From a virus (lineage: Duplodnaviria; Caudoviricetes): a stretch of DNA of 64,000 nt. The notes below the pieces were generated by a model that was not told where the DNA came from, searched no databases, and worked only from the letters and a program-made list of their open reading frames with translations. The stretch covers positions 136,761-200,760 of the IMG/VR virus record IMGVR_UViG_3300030419_006251; one strand, written 5' to 3'. Numbering within the stretch: the stretch's first letter is position 1; every line of letters starts with the position of its first letter. Made by a program: the position numbers and the translations under genes. Below, one piece after another: positions 29,019-37,664 of this stretch.

Positions 29019-29624
29019 CTACAGTATCTCATCAACTAAGCCATATTTTAAGCAAGTTTCTGCATCAAACCATAAATCTTTTTTAAGAATCTGATTGAGT
29101 GTCTTTTTAGGAATTTTAGTGTGCTCTGTATATATATTGCGAATTGTCTCCATCAATAAATCACAATTTTCCATCTCATCTTTAAGTGATTCATAGTTTC
29201 CCCACATACCCGAAGATAATTGATGTATTAACATAAAAGCATGCTTATTAATATATCTTTTTTCTGCAACTACGCTAAAGAGAGTAGCTGCCGATGCTGC
29301 ACATCCATCAATAATAGAATGTACCGGTACCGGACACTTTAAGACATAATCAACTGATGAAAATCCTGCAAATAAGCTGCCACCATAGCTATTAATGTGC
29401 AGTTTAATTGGCGCGGGACTGTCTAAGCCCAGAGAGTTGTTTCGATTAACTAATTGAGTACCTATACTAATCAACTTTTTATTTAATTCTAAATTTTTAA
29501 CTCTGCTTACCTCAGAATAAAAATATATATTATTATTTATACTGGATACCACATTGTTATCATCAGACGAGCCACCGGTAGGACCGTCTTCAGTACTGGC
29601 TTTAAGCCATTTAATATCTTTCAT
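29019..29624 (-). CDS. clpP: ClpP-like serine protease
   Basis: HINSYGG, CAASAAT (catalytic Ser), MLIHQ (His), KDLWFDAE (Asp), GLVDEI. Confidence 0.9.
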   Translation of the reverse strand: MKDIKWLKASTEDGPTGGSSDDNNVVSSINNNIYFYSEVSRVKNLELNKKLISIGTQLVNRNNSLGLDSPAPIKLHINSYGGSLFAGFSSVDYVLKCPVPVHSIIDGCAASAATLFSVVAEKRYINKHAFMLIHQLSSGMWGNYESLKDEMENCDLLMETIRNIYTEHTKIPKKTLNQILKKDLWFDAETCLKYGLVDEIL

Positions 29625-29642
29625 GTTTTTTTCCTTTTAAAA

Positions 29643-29719
29643 TGGTACTCCGAGCAGGATTCGAACCTGCGACCCTCGGCTTAGAAGGCCGATGCTCTAT
29701 CCAGCTGAGCTATCGGAGC
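29643..29719 (-). tRNA. tRNA-Arg(TCT)
   Basis: GCTCCGA acceptor, TCGGC-CTTCTAA-GCCGA anticodon arm, GGTTCGAATCC, CCA. Confidence 0.95.
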
Positions 29720-29724
29720 AAAGA

Positions 29725-29809
29725 TGGTAGGGGCGACGGGACTTGAACCCGCATGCACCAGTTACCCAAGTTTAATGCACCGCTTATAAGACGGCTGGGA
29801 TACGCCCCC
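29725..29809 (-). tRNA. Atypical tRNA-like gene, anticodon TAT (Ile); no canonical D-arm, 26-nt extra arm
   Basis: GGGGGCG/CGCCCCT acceptor + ACCA; T-arm GCGGG-TTCAAGT-CCCGT; anticodon arm GCCGT-CTTATAA-GCGGT; only 7 nt between acceptor and anticodon stems. Confidence 0.75.
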
Positions 29810-29827
29810 TGAACTATACTTAATATA

Positions 29828-30334
29828 TCAGTATTCAGGGAGTGTGTCAATAGGCTTTTCATTTATTTCTCTTCTTTCTTCCGTAACTATATTATACAAT
29901 ACACCTGGCGATAGATCACATCGATCATATATTTTAATTGTTCTCCAATTTATTATATCAGCAATTCTTAGTGCATAAGCAATCCATTCACTACAATACC
30001 ATCTATTTTTTCTTTTTATATTAAAAGGTATCAACTGTGACATTATCATGCCTATCCAATCATATGTGCATCCTTTCGTATCTTCATAAAATTCTAATAA
30101 TATGTTATGTTGTTCCTGCGATATATCAAATTCTATGAAGTCCCATTTTTGCAAATCAAAATCTGTTTTTATTCTAGAGGAGACAGTCGATGATAAGAGC
30201 GGGCTTATGCTAATCCATGTATAATTATCAGGCATTATTAATTCGGCATGACTATACGGACTTTTGGTCCACCAACGGATAATTTTGTTTTTCCAATTTC
30301 CCTTGCCTTTGTAAAAGGCAATCCGTATTTTCAT
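29828..30334 (-). CDS. Permuted papain-like amidase (YiiX/YebB, NlpC/P60 permuted)
   Basis: YSHAEL (His) precedes YDW...WYCSEWIAYAL (Cys). Confidence 0.75.
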   Translation of the reverse strand: MKIRIAFYKGKGNWKNKIIRWWTKSPYSHAELIMPDNYTWISISPLLSSTVSSRIKTDFDLQKWDFIEFDISQEQHNILLEFYEDTKGCTYDWIGMIMSQLIPFNIKRKNRWYCSEWIAYALRIADIINWRTIKIYDRCDLSPGVLYNIVTEERREINEKPIDTLPEY

Positions 30335-30372
30335 ACCATATTTCTCCTGCTTATAATATAAGTATACTATAA

Positions 30373-30597
30373 TCAGCTATTATCTTTTAGAAATTGTATA
30401 AGATCTGTTTTTTTTAATGTTGAGTAACCTTTAAGGCCCTTTTCTTTTGCCATGGCTTTGAGATCTACTACAGTCATAGAATCATAATCTACAGTAACTT
30501 CTGTTATTTTTTTACCTCTGGCTTTTGCCAAAAGTTCCATTAACTGTTCATGTGTTCCAGAAAACCAAGATGCAATTTTTGTGTGTTTTGTTCCCAT
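30373..30597 (-). CDS. Rho-N-terminal (HeH) domain protein
   Basis: YDSMTVVDLKAMAKEKGLKGYSTLKKTDLIQFL. Confidence 0.8.
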   Translation of the reverse strand: MGTKHTKIASWFSGTHEQLMELLAKARGKKITEVTVDYDSMTVVDLKAMAKEKGLKGYSTLKKTDLIQFLKDNS

Positions 30598-30605
30598 TTT
30601 TTCTC

Positions 30606-30758
30606 CTATGCTTTTAAATAATTGTTATAACAAAAGCCAGCTAACGCTGCAGAAAAAACTGCCCAGCCCCAGCTGCCCTCTAATAAAGATACTCCGGCAA
30701 TCATTACATTAATTACTGCACATGTTAAACTCACATTCTTTGATGCTAAAAATTTCAT
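30606..30758 (-). CDS. Small membrane protein
   Basis: MKFLASKN... with two hydrophobic segments; AGGAG SD. The longer track ORF extends into the tmRNA and is unlikely. Confidence 0.6.
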   Translation of the reverse strand: MKFLASKNVSLTCAVINVMIAGVSLLEGSWGWAVFSAALAGFCYNNYLKA

Positions 30759-30773
30759 ATCTTCTCCTTTAAA

Positions 30774-31109
30774 TGGTGGAGACGGCGGGAGTCGAACCCG
30801 CGTCCACAATAAGTCCAATTGTAGTCATTCACAAGTTTAGTCAGTTTCTATCAGTTACTGACAAAGGTAGATGGCGTTTAGATACCGCTTACCATCCTAT
30901 TGCGATAAATTTGTTGATTTTTACAACTTATCTGTTGTTTTTGCTCAAATTGGATAGAAGGCTTTGAGCGGCCTCCCGATTAAGCCGCTAAGCGAACAGA
31001 ATCGAAGTGATTGTTGTTATTTGCAACTATTGTTTTTGAACTGTCAAGGTCGTATCTAACCTACTTGCACTATTCTTTTTTCTTACTCTGTCGAAGCCGT
31101 TTCGTCCCC
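30774..31109 (-). ncRNA. ssrA: tmRNA; predicted tag (A)ANNNNHFDSVRLAA
   Basis: 5' GGGGACG...TTCGAC; 3' GGGTTCGACTCCCGCCGTCTCCACCA with a G3:U pair; tag frame 31024..30980 starts GCA and ends GCG GCT TAA. Confidence 0.95.
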
Positions 31110-31312
31110 TTTATAGATTTTGTGATAACTCCCATGGGCGTACCATCTTCGTCATCTAGCCAAATAATTATCTCATCTTTGTTCTTTTCTTTAACTATTT
31201 TTTTATGACCAACTTCCTTTTTCGCTTTTTTTAAAGCAGCAGATTCGCTTGAATGTTTACTGATCATATCACCTTGAATAAAGCGACCATTCCATTTCCA
31301 TACTTTATACAT
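31070..31312 (-). CDS. Basic hypothetical protein whose 3' end overlaps the tmRNA 5' end
   Basis: 80 aa ORF; last 40 nt lie inside the tmRNA. Confidence 0.6.
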   Translation of the reverse strand: MYKVWKWNGRFIQGDMISKHSSESAALKKAKKEVGHKKIVKEKNKDEIIIWLDDEDGTPMGVITKSIKGTKRLRQSKKKE

Positions 31313-31316
31313 ATTT

Positions 31317-31976
31317 TTAATAACCGTTAACTAAAGATTCAATCCAATTGCGTATCATGGATTCACTCCATCCATTTATACCGTATCTGAGTACCATGTT
31401 TTGATCAATTACAACTAAAGTAGGCCAGGAACTTATTGGATATCCTGTTTGTGCTGTTGAATCTATCATTGTACGATCGCCAGCAAGTACTGGGGTATTA
31501 ATACCATATGTTGTAACCCAATACTGTAGATCTGTCAAATCAGGCGCCTCACCGGTGGCATCATCAATTAACACCGTTATCCAAATAAGGTTCTCGGCGC
31601 CATAGTCATTTACCAGCTCATCTCCTTTAGAGGCGATATTATTACATACTCCACACCACATAGCCGATAAATCTAAAATAATCACCTTTTCATGAAAATC
31701 ATATAGTTCAACCATTTCACCATTTTGGTCCATTAGTTCAAAATTGCACGGATGGTTGCCAGGGATTTGGCTACATGTGTCCCAAGTAATCCATGCATCT
31801 TCGGCTGGTTCTTCTTCAACAACTTCCGGGGGTGAAGTATCTGCTTCTGCGGGATCCGCTTCTAATTCTGGTGCACATGCTGTATTACAGCCAACTACTA
31901 GTAATATAATTGCCATACATGTTAGCCACATTGTTGCCGCCGCCGCGGCTTTTATTAATATATTTTTTGTATTCAT
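31317..31976 (-). CDS. TlpA/thioredoxin-like lipoprotein
   Basis: Lipobox LLVVGC; LDLSAMWCGVC (CxxC); SWPTLVVID. Confidence 0.8.
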   Translation of the reverse strand: MNTKNILIKAAAAATMWLTCMAIILLVVGCNTACAPELEADPAEADTSPPEVVEEEPAEDAWITWDTCSQIPGNHPCNFELMDQNGEMVELYDFHEKVIILDLSAMWCGVCNNIASKGDELVNDYGAENLIWITVLIDDATGEAPDLTDLQYWVTTYGINTPVLAGDRTMIDSTAQTGYPISSWPTLVVIDQNMVLRYGINGWSESMIRNWIESLVNGY

Positions 31977-31992
31977 AATTTCCTTAATTTTG

Positions 31993-32125
31993 AGCCCATA
32001 GTGGGTGTATTACTCGCTCCAACACCATACTATCCCCTCTTTAATTTACCTTTTTAAAGCTCACCTCCCTAAAGGTCCGGCTCGTTAGAGGCATAGAACC
32101 GCAACTACCATTTGCACTATGGACT
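31993..32125 (-). ncRNA. Candidate structured RNA (multi-branch, 11-bp closing stem)
   Basis: Intergenic; AGTCCATAGTG...CACTATGGGCT closing stem enclosing several short hairpins. Confidence 0.35.
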
Positions 32126-32489
32126 ATTTTATTTTTAAATCAGTAAAATATTCCTCAGTCTCATATTTTTTCTGCAATAAGTAAAGTGTTTTAAGATCGA
32201 TTCCTAGAAACAATGCTGCTTCTTTTTTTGTACTGCATGCACTTAAAGCATACTTAAAAGTTGCATCTTTAGCAATGTCTGTTAAAGAATTCCACAAAGG
32301 AATTCCGTATAATTTACCACCAGCTGCCTTGGCTGCTAGTTCTAATTTGAGACCTATAATTTCTTCTAAGCTCAAATTATTAAGCATAATTTCAAATTCA
32401 GTATTACTTTTTTTTGATTTCCTAAGCTTCGAAGCTATACTATAGTTTGTATTAGCTCCTTTTCTTTTATTTTTTCTTTTAAAGCTCAT
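32124..32489 (-). CDS. Hypothetical protein with Fis-like C-terminal HTH
   Basis: KYALS...KKEAALFLGIDLKTLYLL. Confidence 0.55.
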   Translation of the reverse strand: MSFKRKNKRKGANTNYSIASKLRKSKKSNTEFEIMLNNLSLEEIIGLKLELAAKAAGGKLYGIPLWNSLTDIAKDATFKYALSACSTKKEAALFLGIDLKTLYLLQKKYETEEYFTDLKIK

Positions 32490-32551
32490 AATGCCACCTA
32501 CCCACCCAGATTATCATATAAGTTAAGATCATTTAAGAATTATTTAATTAT

Positions 32552-33460
32552 TTACAACCCCGGAGGCGGCGGAAGAGGTGGCATGCCTTCTTCTTCGGGC
32601 GGAGGCTCTAATCCTGGGGGCGCTTCTAAGCCCGGCGGAGGTGGAAGCTCATCTTCCATGGGAGGCCCACCAGCGCCAAGTCCAGCCTGTTCTTCATACG
32701 AAGGAGTTGTCGGTTCTTCCGGATTGCCCATTTCTTCTTCAAATGCATCAAAATGTAGTTTTAAGTTTGTAATTAAATATTCGTAGAATAGTTCTGCATC
32801 TTCTCCGCGCAAATCTTTATAAGCATTTTTAATTGTAGAGTCCGGACCATTAAAAGCTGCTTGCGCGCGCAAAGCTCCAGTTTCTTGATCATCAGTCAGA
32901 TCACCTTCTAGACCACGGCGAAACTCCGCCTTTTCAGCCTCTAAAGTATCTTCTTCTGTAGGTTTCTTGCTTTTTCCGCGCACATCTATAAAGCGAGGAT
33001 CCTCTTGAGGTGCACCAGTAGGTTCACCAATATCAAGTTCCAGTTGTTCACTAACCGGCACTTCTTCATTTTCTGGAGGCGCTTGCAACAAAGTTTCACT
33101 GTTTCCTGCGTCAGCTGAAGCTTTTAATGGTTTAATCAAATTTTCAACTGCATTTAGAATGTGTACACGAAATGAGTCTCTTTGTTCACGACTAGAAGTT
33201 AATTTTTTATAATATGTTTCAAATATTTCTACAATATTGTCTAAAACTTCTTCTAAAATATTTATACCAGTGGCTCTACTTGGATCACCCACTGCTTCCA
33301 TTTCATCTTGCTCAGATATTAATTGGCGAATTACTAATCTTAATTGCTCTTCTTCTCGTTGCTCTGTGAGTTTTTTCTTTGCCTTAACAACTTTGATAAT
33401 TTTTCTAATCTGTTCTCTAAGGTGCAGTTCTTCTAGAAATTGTTCTCGTTTGATGATCAT
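32552..33460 (-). CDS. Acidic, Pro-rich putative virion-internal protein
   Basis: 302 aa; L/I-x-E motifs; poly-Pro C-terminus. Confidence 0.5.
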   Translation of the reverse strand: MIIKREQFLEELHLREQIRKIIKVVKAKKKLTEQREEEQLRLVIRQLISEQDEMEAVGDPSRATGINILEEVLDNIVEIFETYYKKLTSSREQRDSFRVHILNAVENLIKPLKASADAGNSETLLQAPPENEEVPVSEQLELDIGEPTGAPQEDPRFIDVRGKSKKPTEEDTLEAEKAEFRRGLEGDLTDDQETGALRAQAAFNGPDSTIKNAYKDLRGEDAELFYEYLITNLKLHFDAFEEEMGNPEEPTTPSYEEQAGLGAGGPPMEDELPPPPGLEAPPGLEPPPEEEGMPPLPPPPGL

Positions 33461-33483
33461 TTTAGTACCTCATTTATAAATAG

Positions 33484-35874
33484 TTATCTAGCAATCGTTT
33501 GTAAAAAATAATTTAATATTTCCTCAGTCAAGTCTTCTCTAAAAATTGTAGGCTCTTCGTCTTCGTCGTCCTCATCTCGCTTAGCAGAACCTACATAACC
33601 TTGAACAGCTCCTCCGCCAGCAGATGATATCTCATTTACAGCATCTGCTTGACCTTGTTGAAATTCTTTGTTTTTCTTTTCTTTTGCCTCTGCTTCCATA
33701 GCTTGTGCTAATTGTTTTTGAAACTGACCTAATGGTTCCATAGTTCTAGCGGTAGCTTGTTGAGCGACTCCTCCTACAATTTCTCCGGTCTGTCCGGTAA
33801 GATTGTCAACAAATCCTCTTCCCATATCAGAAAACATTGGCGCTAATTGATCCATCAACTCTTTTGGTATATTACTCAATCCGCCTTCAATATTTTGTAA
33901 GATTTCCGGAAATTGCCCGGCCACATTACCTGCAGGACTTCGAGGATCTCCAAGTGCTTCTACAACCATCTCATATAAAGTATCAGAATTTCTTCTACCC
34001 GGGGCTTGAGACACACCTAGTGTTTGTAATATTTTATTAACACTTCCGTAGCTTTTTTCCGGAATAAATTTGGTGATGTCCAACCCTTGTTCTATAGCTT
34101 CTCTAAAAGTGGTGGCACTCATTGGCTTTTGTGTATCAGGATCTATAATGTTTGGAACTGGATCTACTTCCAAATCAACGCCTTCGGGCTTATATTGTTC
34201 AGCTTGACCTCTAAAGCGATTTCCATCCTTGGCTCCAGCTACCATATTAACCCTTTGTCCGGGTTTTGCATTTTGTAAAATATCATATGCAATGTGCATA
34301 GGGTTTCCGCCCGGCGGTGCTTGCAAAATATAAAAATTCACTCCGGCATCATTAGCATAAATTTCCCATATTTTCGCAGCAGTATCAAAGTCAATAGGTA
34401 CATCGTTTATACTTCGCGGCCTAGTTTTTGCTGCGCCACCCATAATAACAATTGGGAACTCAACTTCGGAAGCCATTGTTTCGGCAGCTTGGAAATGTCC
34501 TTTATGTGGAGGCTTAAATCCTCCGGGAAACACACCAATTGATTCATAACCAGATAAAAGTTCGTACAGATCTGCTGGAGATGGCGAATCAACCATTTTA
34601 ACGCCCTCAGACAGCTGCTGACTGCCTTGTGACATAATTGCCGGGGCTGTACCCCGACCATACTTGAAGAGGCCTAGAAGCTGGTTTATGGGCGCAAAAT
34701 TGCCTGTGAACTTATACATTTGATCGCCTAGTTGAAATACAAATCCTTCGACTGTTGTATTAATATTATCGTGGCTCTTGAGTTTTTTAAGTTGTTTCTT
34801 TAATACTTCATGTGCCTCTTCTGCGCCGGGCCCGCCATATCTAGAAATTTGTTCTATTGCATTTTGAACCTCTTTTCTTAATCTTTGCAATTCGGCTTTG
34901 TTATCTAAAATATATGCACTTTCCATTCCCTTGAGCATCTCTACGGAAAAATCGTGAATTGCATCTTCGATTGGAAATATAATTTTACTTAGTATTTTTG
35001 ATCCGTCCTTGATTATATCGCGAATCGAAGTTTTTTCTTCGTCTCTCATTCCTTGATAAATCAATCTTAAATTTTTTGCTCCCGGAAGATTTAAGATTTT
35101 ATCTTTTATATCTTTTTGGGTCTGCGCGCCAAAATAAGACATTTCGCTTCTTAAAAATTCTTCTAATCCTTTCTCTAAATAATTTCCGATAGTCATTGAA
35201 CCGGAAAAGCCAGCATCTTTTAATTTTTCAATTGCCTCTTCATACGGCCTATCATCACTTAAGGCCTGTAATTGCATCACCGCAGTTCGTCTAACAGAAA
35301 AATCTGTACCACTGCCAGACTCTTCAAATCGATTTAAAAGTGCGTCTAACATTCTAGAATTTTGTTCTGCGTCAACTACTTCTACTTTATTTGTATCTGG
35401 TATATATCTTTTGTGGCCACCGTGATGAATCGATAGTACATTTGCATCATAATTAACAACATTAGAAGCCCCTGGTCCTTGAATTTCTGTGTTATAAAAT
35501 ATTTCGCCATTTTGACCAAAAACAGCTGCTTGTTCTTCTGGCCTCATTGAATCGATCGCCTTTTGAAAAGAACGAAAAGCTCGAAGATAAACATCCTTAA
35601 TTGCATCTCCGCCGGCGAACTGCCTCATTTTTAAATCGCGAATTGTCCGACCGCCGGCAGCCATATCACCTTTATTTCTAGCATATAGAGCTAATCCTCC
35701 ACGAGAGCCGAGATAAATATTGAAACCATCAGTTTTTTCAGTACCTACCAACTTACCGCCAGCAGCTTTTCTCAAAATAGAGCTAATTTCATTAAATGTT
35801 AATTCTCTATTATCATACAAGTGAGATAAGTGGCCGGCCACGCCGCCCTCTAATAACAAATAAAGCTTTTTCAT
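33484..35874 (-). CDS. Multidomain protein: ligase-like N-domain + HIGH-family nucleotidyltransferase + acidic tail
   Basis: GTEKTDGFN (KxDG), VEGFVF, MYKFTG; then FPGGFKPPHKGH...AGAKDG.RF...MSATTFR. Confidence 0.6.
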   Translation of the reverse strand: MKKLYLLLEGGVAGHLSHLYDNRELTFNEISSILRKAAGGKLVGTEKTDGFNIYLGSRGGLALYARNKGDMAAGGRTIRDLKMRQFAGGDAIKDVYLRAFRSFQKAIDSMRPEEQAAVFGQNGEIFYNTEIQGPGASNVVNYDANVLSIHHGGHKRYIPDTNKVEVVDAEQNSRMLDALLNRFEESGSGTDFSVRRTAVMQLQALSDDRPYEEAIEKLKDAGFSGSMTIGNYLEKGLEEFLRSEMSYFGAQTQKDIKDKILNLPGAKNLRLIYQGMRDEEKTSIRDIIKDGSKILSKIIFPIEDAIHDFSVEMLKGMESAYILDNKAELQRLRKEVQNAIEQISRYGGPGAEEAHEVLKKQLKKLKSHDNINTTVEGFVFQLGDQMYKFTGNFAPINQLLGLFKYGRGTAPAIMSQGSQQLSEGVKMVDSPSPADLYELLSGYESIGVFPGGFKPPHKGHFQAAETMASEVEFPIVIMGGAAKTRPRSINDVPIDFDTAAKIWEIYANDAGVNFYILQAPPGGNPMHIAYDILQNAKPGQRVNMVAGAKDGNRFRGQAEQYKPEGVDLEVDPVPNIIDPDTQKPMSATTFREAIEQGLDITKFIPEKSYGSVNKILQTLGVSQAPGRRNSDTLYEMVVEALGDPRSPAGNVAGQFPEILQNIEGGLSNIPKELMDQLAPMFSDMGRGFVDNLTGQTGEIVGGVAQQATARTMEPLGQFQKQLAQAMEAEAKEKKNKEFQQGQADAVNEISSAGGGAVQGYVGSAKRDEDDEDEEPTIFREDLTEEILNYFLQTIAR

Positions 35875-36128
35875 TTTTGCTTAGATTCCTCTAAAACTTT
35901 TACTTGCTCCTCTAATACTCTAACTTGTTCTTCGAGCTTTTTAGTGCGTCTTTTAATTTCCTTTAATTGACTTTTTGCAATTTCTACTCTTCTTTGTCCT
36001 GTCTGAGTTTTAGGATTTAATTTAGATAATGTCTCTCCAAGAGCTTGAATATAACTATGTACACTAGGAGACTTGTCTTCTCCTAAAAGAAATCTTCTTG
36101 TAATAAAGTTTAATTTACTGTAATTCAT
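35871..36128 (-). CDS. Small coiled-coil protein
   Basis: 85 aa, heptad repeats. Confidence 0.6.
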   Translation of the reverse strand: MNYSKLNFITRRFLLGEDKSPSVHSYIQALGETLSKLNPKTQTGQRRVEIAKSQLKEIKRRTKKLEEQVRVLEEQVKVLEESKQK

Positions 36129-36132
36129 TTTT

Positions 36133-36708
36133 TTATCCTATGTGTGTTTTATAAGCTTTTGGATTAATTCTTAATCTTATGCCTTTTGTGGCGTAGCTAA
36201 ACGGTACGCCTCTTCTAGAACCTCCCGCAAATTCAGTTGTCAAAGTATTACTAGTAACTCCATTCCAATGAGAATAGTTATTATATGAAATTGTTGTATT
36301 TCCGACAATACCAATAACATCAGAAGTTAAAGTTAGTGTTGCGCTTGATTGTGTTGCGGTAATTGATAAAGAAGAAGCATTAATTTTAGCTGCAAGATCA
36401 GTAGCGGTGCCTGTACCGCCGCCACCGCTAGCAGCAATATTATTAACAGCAATATTGCCGCTCGTTACTCCATTGTTCTCGTTATCGATCTCGAATGTAG
36501 CTGAAGTTCCATCAGAATCAACTAGCGTGATTGTAGAGGCATCGTTTGGCGTATCCGTAAATGTAATAACAGCTGTTGCTTTCCCAGTATAACCCGACGC
36601 AAATTCAAAGTCTTGTGACAATCGTTCGTAATGGTTCATTACAAAATTATCTTCATAATAGTGTTTCTTCTTATATGCCATATTATCTCCTAAAATCGCT
36701 AGATTCAC
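36133..36708 (-). CDS. Putative virion structural/decoration protein; likely start at 36681
   Basis: T/S/G/N-rich beta segment ATAVITFT...TITLVDSDG.SATFEID. Confidence 0.45.
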   Translation of the reverse strand: MNLAILGDNMAYKKKHYYEDNFVMNHYERLSQDFEFASGYTGKATAVITFTDTPNDASTITLVDSDGTSATFEIDNENNGVTSGNIAVNNIAASGGGGTGTATDLAAKINASSLSITATQSSATLTLTSDVIGIVGNTTISYNNYSHWNGVTSNTLTTEFAGGSRRGVPFSYATKGIRLRINPKAYKTHIG

Positions 36709-36874
36709 ATTTATGTATAGTTATTTTTTTTGGTATACATGCCCATAACCCACAAGACAATTTTTCAAGCATAAAATTATATGCTAAATTTTTATTTTTA
36801 AATGGTGTGTAATTTCTTTCTCCCATTGTATTTTTCCAAACGACATAAGTCTCTTTCATACTTCATGTTATCCT

Positions 36875-37663
36875 CTACTTGGTCCATTTACGAACTAGTC
36901 TCTCATAAAGACCTTTTTCATACCACTCTTTGTCTGATAAATTTTCATCTATTCCGGTGTCCAAGGTTCCTAGCTCCCAGCCGAGTTCCTCTTCTCCAGG
37001 TGAAGCAGACGGAGGGGCAACTATTCCAGTGTCCAAGGTTCCTGGCTCCCAGCCGAGTTCCTCTTCTTTGCCCCAGGGCGCACGCCCACTCGGCGGAGCA
37101 GCCGGCGTAGCCGTTTCCGGAGGGCGAACCTCCGGCGGAGGGCTCGTAACCAATCCTCGTCTGTCAGCTTCGCGCTGCAGCGCGTTTTCAGCTTCGTCTT
37201 CAACCTGCAATATGCGTAAGAGGTCCTCATCGCTCATCATAGCAATAGCGGCGCCTTCGCCCACGGACTTTCCTGCTTTTGCCAAAGCGCCTCCGCCGGC
37301 GGCAATCAACGGCTCTAATACCGCATCGAGCCATGATTGATCGTCAGAAGGATCGTCAGAAGCTCTCGACGCCAAGTGTGCGGCTCCTCCATCAGATTGT
37401 GACTCTTGTTGTTCTCTCAAAACATCGTTAATTATTTGTCTAATAAGAGCTTCTGGAAGAGCTTCCGATTCCGGATAAGCCGCTTCATCCGCATCACCGT
37501 CGCGATTCGCCGGCGACAGAGTTGACTCCATTTTTTTAGCCAGCGTTTCTGCTCGTTCGTCTCGATTTGCAGGGCTTGGTAAATCTCCGCGCATTCCCCA
37601 ACCTTCGTTTAGTTGTCTCCTGATTATCGATTCAATTTGTTTTCTTGTTAATTTTTTAGACAT
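36875..37663 (-). CDS. Putative virion-internal protein with internal duplication
   Basis: 262 aa; EEELGWEPGTLDTGI / EEELGWELGTLDTGI. Confidence 0.55.
   Translation of the reverse strand: MSKKLTRKQIESIIRRQLNEGWGMRGDLPSPANRDERAETLAKKMESTLSPANRDGDADEAAYPESEALPEALIRQIINDVLREQQESQSDGGAAHLASRASDDPSDDQSWLDAVLEPLIAAGGGALAKAGKSVGEGAAIAMMSDEDLLRILQVEDEAENALQREADRRGLVTSPPPEVRPPETATPAAPPSGRAPWGKEEELGWEPGTLDTGIVAPPSASPGEEELGWELGTLDTGIDENLSDKEWYEKGLYERLVRKWTK
36949..37067. repeat. 47-bp direct repeat x2 (72-bp period, 2 mismatches)
   Basis: 36949-36995 vs 37021-37067. Confidence 0.9.
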
Positions 37664-37664
37664 A

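Noticed and set aside
29640-29830. Theta/HDV-like ribozymes next to tRNA 3' ends
   Set aside because: Sequences following the CCA ends are short AT-rich spacers with no nested double-pseudoknot pattern that I could build.
30606-30967. Track ORFs 30606..30818 and 30773..30967 as full genes
   Set aside because: They overlap the tmRNA T-arm and acceptor; only the 30606..30758 portion with its own SD is credible.
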